NCBI GenBank assembly: GCA_050253335.1
Contig: JBFWJG010000001.1
Location: forward strand, 46,153-110,152
DNA: 64,000 nucleotides
From: Deferribacterales bacterium
GTDB taxonomy: Bacteria > Chrysiogenota > Deferribacteres > Deferribacterales > Geovibrionaceae
Reading direction: 5' to 3'
The notes under the pieces are model-generated. The model worked only from the letters and a program-made list of their open reading frames with translations. It ran no database searches and had not been told where the DNA came from. Shown here one piece after another: positions 62,080-64,000 of the stretch. Each line of letters opens with the position of its first letter. Position 1 is the first letter of the stretch. The translations under genes were made by a program, and so were the position numbers.

Positions 62080-64000
62080 TCAGCGACGCTCCTTCCTTCT
62101 AATCACTATTCTGGCCATTCCCGCAAGTGCGAAAAGAGCTATTGGCAGGTTGGCGCTTCCGCCAGCGGAGCATCCGCCTTTGGGTTCGCCGCTTTCGCCG
62201 TTTCCGCCGCCGTCAGTATCGTCATCGCCGTCATCCGTTCCGTTGTCAGATGAGGAGCCTGTACCGCGTCCTGTGACGCTGAAGCTTGTTGATATTCCCG
62301 CGTCAGTGCTTATGCTCACTGTTCTTGTCACAGCCGTTGCGGAGGAAGGAGTATAGCTGATGTAGAACACTGCTTCGCTTCCTGCGTTGAGAGTGTAGGG
62401 CAGGACAGGGCTGTTTGCGGTGTCAAATGCGAAAGGCGCGCTTACCTGTACGCCGTTGATGTTGTAGCCTACCTGTCCGTTGTTTCTTATTCTGAATGAC
62501 TGGCTTGCTGTTGTTCCCACGGTTACATTATCAAAATTAAGCGTATTGCCGGTCAGGTTGGGTATCTCAATTGATGCCTGCTGTGCAGTTCCAGTGAGGT
62601 ATATTGTTCTGTAGCCTGCGTTTGATACAATTTCAAAGCTTGTGTTGAATGTGCCGTTTGCAGTAGGGGAGAAGGTCACGTTGTATGTCTGCTCCGTGTT
62701 GGGGTTAATTTCCTGATAGTTGTTATCGCAGGCGCTGAGTTCCGCAGGAAGATTAACATAGGAAAACGGTGCGGATATTGAACTGAAGCATTTCAGCCTG
62801 AGTACATCATCACCTGTATTTCTTATTTTGAAGCTTTTTTGCAGAGTTGCGGATGTGTTTATAGTGCCGTAGCTTATCTGCGCAGGATTCAGTATTGAGC
62901 CTGATTCGCCGTAAAGAGTTATCTGCGGCTGACCCAGTGCATAGCGTATGGCGTATATGTCGGAACCGCAGGGCTGAGCTCCTGAGCCGCAGGTGCTTGT
63001 TCCGAGATTTCTGGCATCTGCCCAGACAGAGATGAATGTCTGGCTGAATGCGTTATAGGCGGCAGAGGGGTTCTGCTGGTTGTACTGGTTGGTGGTGAGG
63101 GGGAAGTTGCTTCCGCTGAGCGAACCTGCTCCGTTCACAAATTGACCGAAGACATCAATGTTCTCAAGGGATGTCGCTCCTGTTCTGGCATCTGCCCATG
63201 TTACAAGGAAGCGTCCGTTGGTGCTGTCGTATGTTATGTTGGGGTTTGTCTGCCCGTGCTCAACTGTTTCGTAGTTGAAGCCTATCTGGAAATTACCGGA
63301 ATATAAGCCGCCGCCGGAGTACAGGATCTGTCCGAAAATTTTCGGTTTGACGCTGGTTTGGTGACGTTCCCATGCCACAAGGTATCGCTGTGTTGTTCCG
63401 TCGAATCCTATGGCGGGGTAATGACTGGCAAATTCAGTTCCTGTGTTCACTTTTTCAGTTATGCCGTCTCCCGTGAGGTCTGAGTCGTGGATGGCGTATA
63501 TGTTGCTTACTGTGTCAAGGGATGTTTCTTCCCATGACATTTCGATTACACCGTTGTTGTCTTCGCATTCCATTGTATATGTTCTTCTGATTGCTTCGAA
63601 AACCACAGTGCACTCACCCGTGAGGTAGCTGCAGGCTATATCGGGGTTCTGAAGGCTGAGAAAATCTTCCACCTCTATTGTTTCAGGGCTCCAGCCGAGA
63701 TTTGTGCTGTCTGATATTCTCATGGTGGTGTAGCCGTCGGTCAGCTTGCCTGTTGTGTCCTGTGTATTTGCCAGATCTGCCGCAAAGGGAGAGGCGTTTC
63801 CGAGTGATGCTGCGGGAACTTCCGCAAAGCCTATATATGTATTGCCGTCTGCAAGAACCTGAGTGTAGGTTGCGGCGGGAGTATTAAGGCACTGATGTCT
63901 TATAGTGTGTTTGAGTGCTCTTTTTTCAATCCAGACGAAGTAAAATGTATCGTTCTGGGAGTTGTATCTTACTACGGGCTTTACCCTTGTAGTAAGTCCG
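62080..64000 (-). CDS. large surface protein (3' part) with Ig-like/choice-of-anchor-D domains and a C-terminal GGC-TM-basic sorting signal
   Basis: Frame stays open to the window end; IRNTG/IRNNG Ig repeats; DDGDDD linker, GGCSAGG, TM, RRKERR. Confidence 0.8.
   Translation of the reverse strand, partial: GLTTRVKPVVRYNSQNDTFYFVWIEKRALKHTIRHQCLNTPAATYTQVLADGNTYIGFAEVPAASLGNASPFAADLANTQDTTGKLTDGYTTMRISDSTNLGWSPETIEVEDFLSLQNPDIACSYLTGECTVVFEAIRRTYTMECEDNNGVIEMSWEETSLDTVSNIYAIHDSDLTGDGITEKVNTGTEFASHYPAIGFDGTTQRYLVAWERHQTSVKPKIFGQILYSGGGLYSGNFQIGFNYETVEHGQTNPNITYDSTNGRFLVTWADARTGATSLENIDVFGQFVNGAGSLSGSNFPLTTNQYNQQNPSAAYNAFSQTFISVWADARNLGTSTCGSGAQPCGSDIYAIRYALGQPQITLYGESGSILNPAQISYGTINTSATLQKSFKIRNTGDDVLRLKCFSSISAPFSYVNLPAELSACDNNYQEINPNTEQTYNVTFSPTANGTFNTSFEIVSNAGYRTIYLTGTAQQASIEIPNLTGNTLNFDNVTVGTTASQSFRIRNNGQVGYNINGVQVSAPFAFDTANSPVLPYTLNAGSEAVFYISYTPSSATAVTRTVSISTDAGISTSFSVTGRGTGSSSDNGTDDGDDDTDGGGNGESGEPKGGCSAGGSANLPIALFALAGMARIVIRRKERR

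Overview
A 64-kb bacterial chromosomal window from an anaerobe; gene content (multiheme cytochrome, hypCD, ablAB, split atp operon) suggests a Deferribacterota/Geovibrio-like organism, which is inference only. Most of it is housekeeping: ablAB, rlmH, dksA, gpmI, gap-pgk, hemA-C-D-B with ccsA, fabI, ruvB-radA, ilvDBNC-psd-pssA-leuA, the atp Fo genes, hemL, msbA, hypCD, and a family-1 encapsulin with its ferritin-like cargo. The standout is an AT-richer, ~13.5-kb compact Mu-like transposable element (~34451-47920). It has a repressor/Ner switch, DDE transposase, AAA ATPase, Gam, Mor and GemA, and matching inverted end motifs. It has no terminase, portal, capsid or tail genes; its only morphogenesis genes are a gpG-like gene and a shortened prohead protease/scaffold. 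The element also holds two complete type II hammerhead ribozymes. Its repressor-side cargo is a TIR + membrane protein pair and two adjacent proteins sharing a 37-aa RHIM/BASS-like two-repeat motif. Smaller observations include possible attenuators before ilvD and leuA, a 132-bp tandem repeat, REP-like palindromes and two unlisted small membrane ORFs. All calls come from reading motifs by eye; no searches were run.
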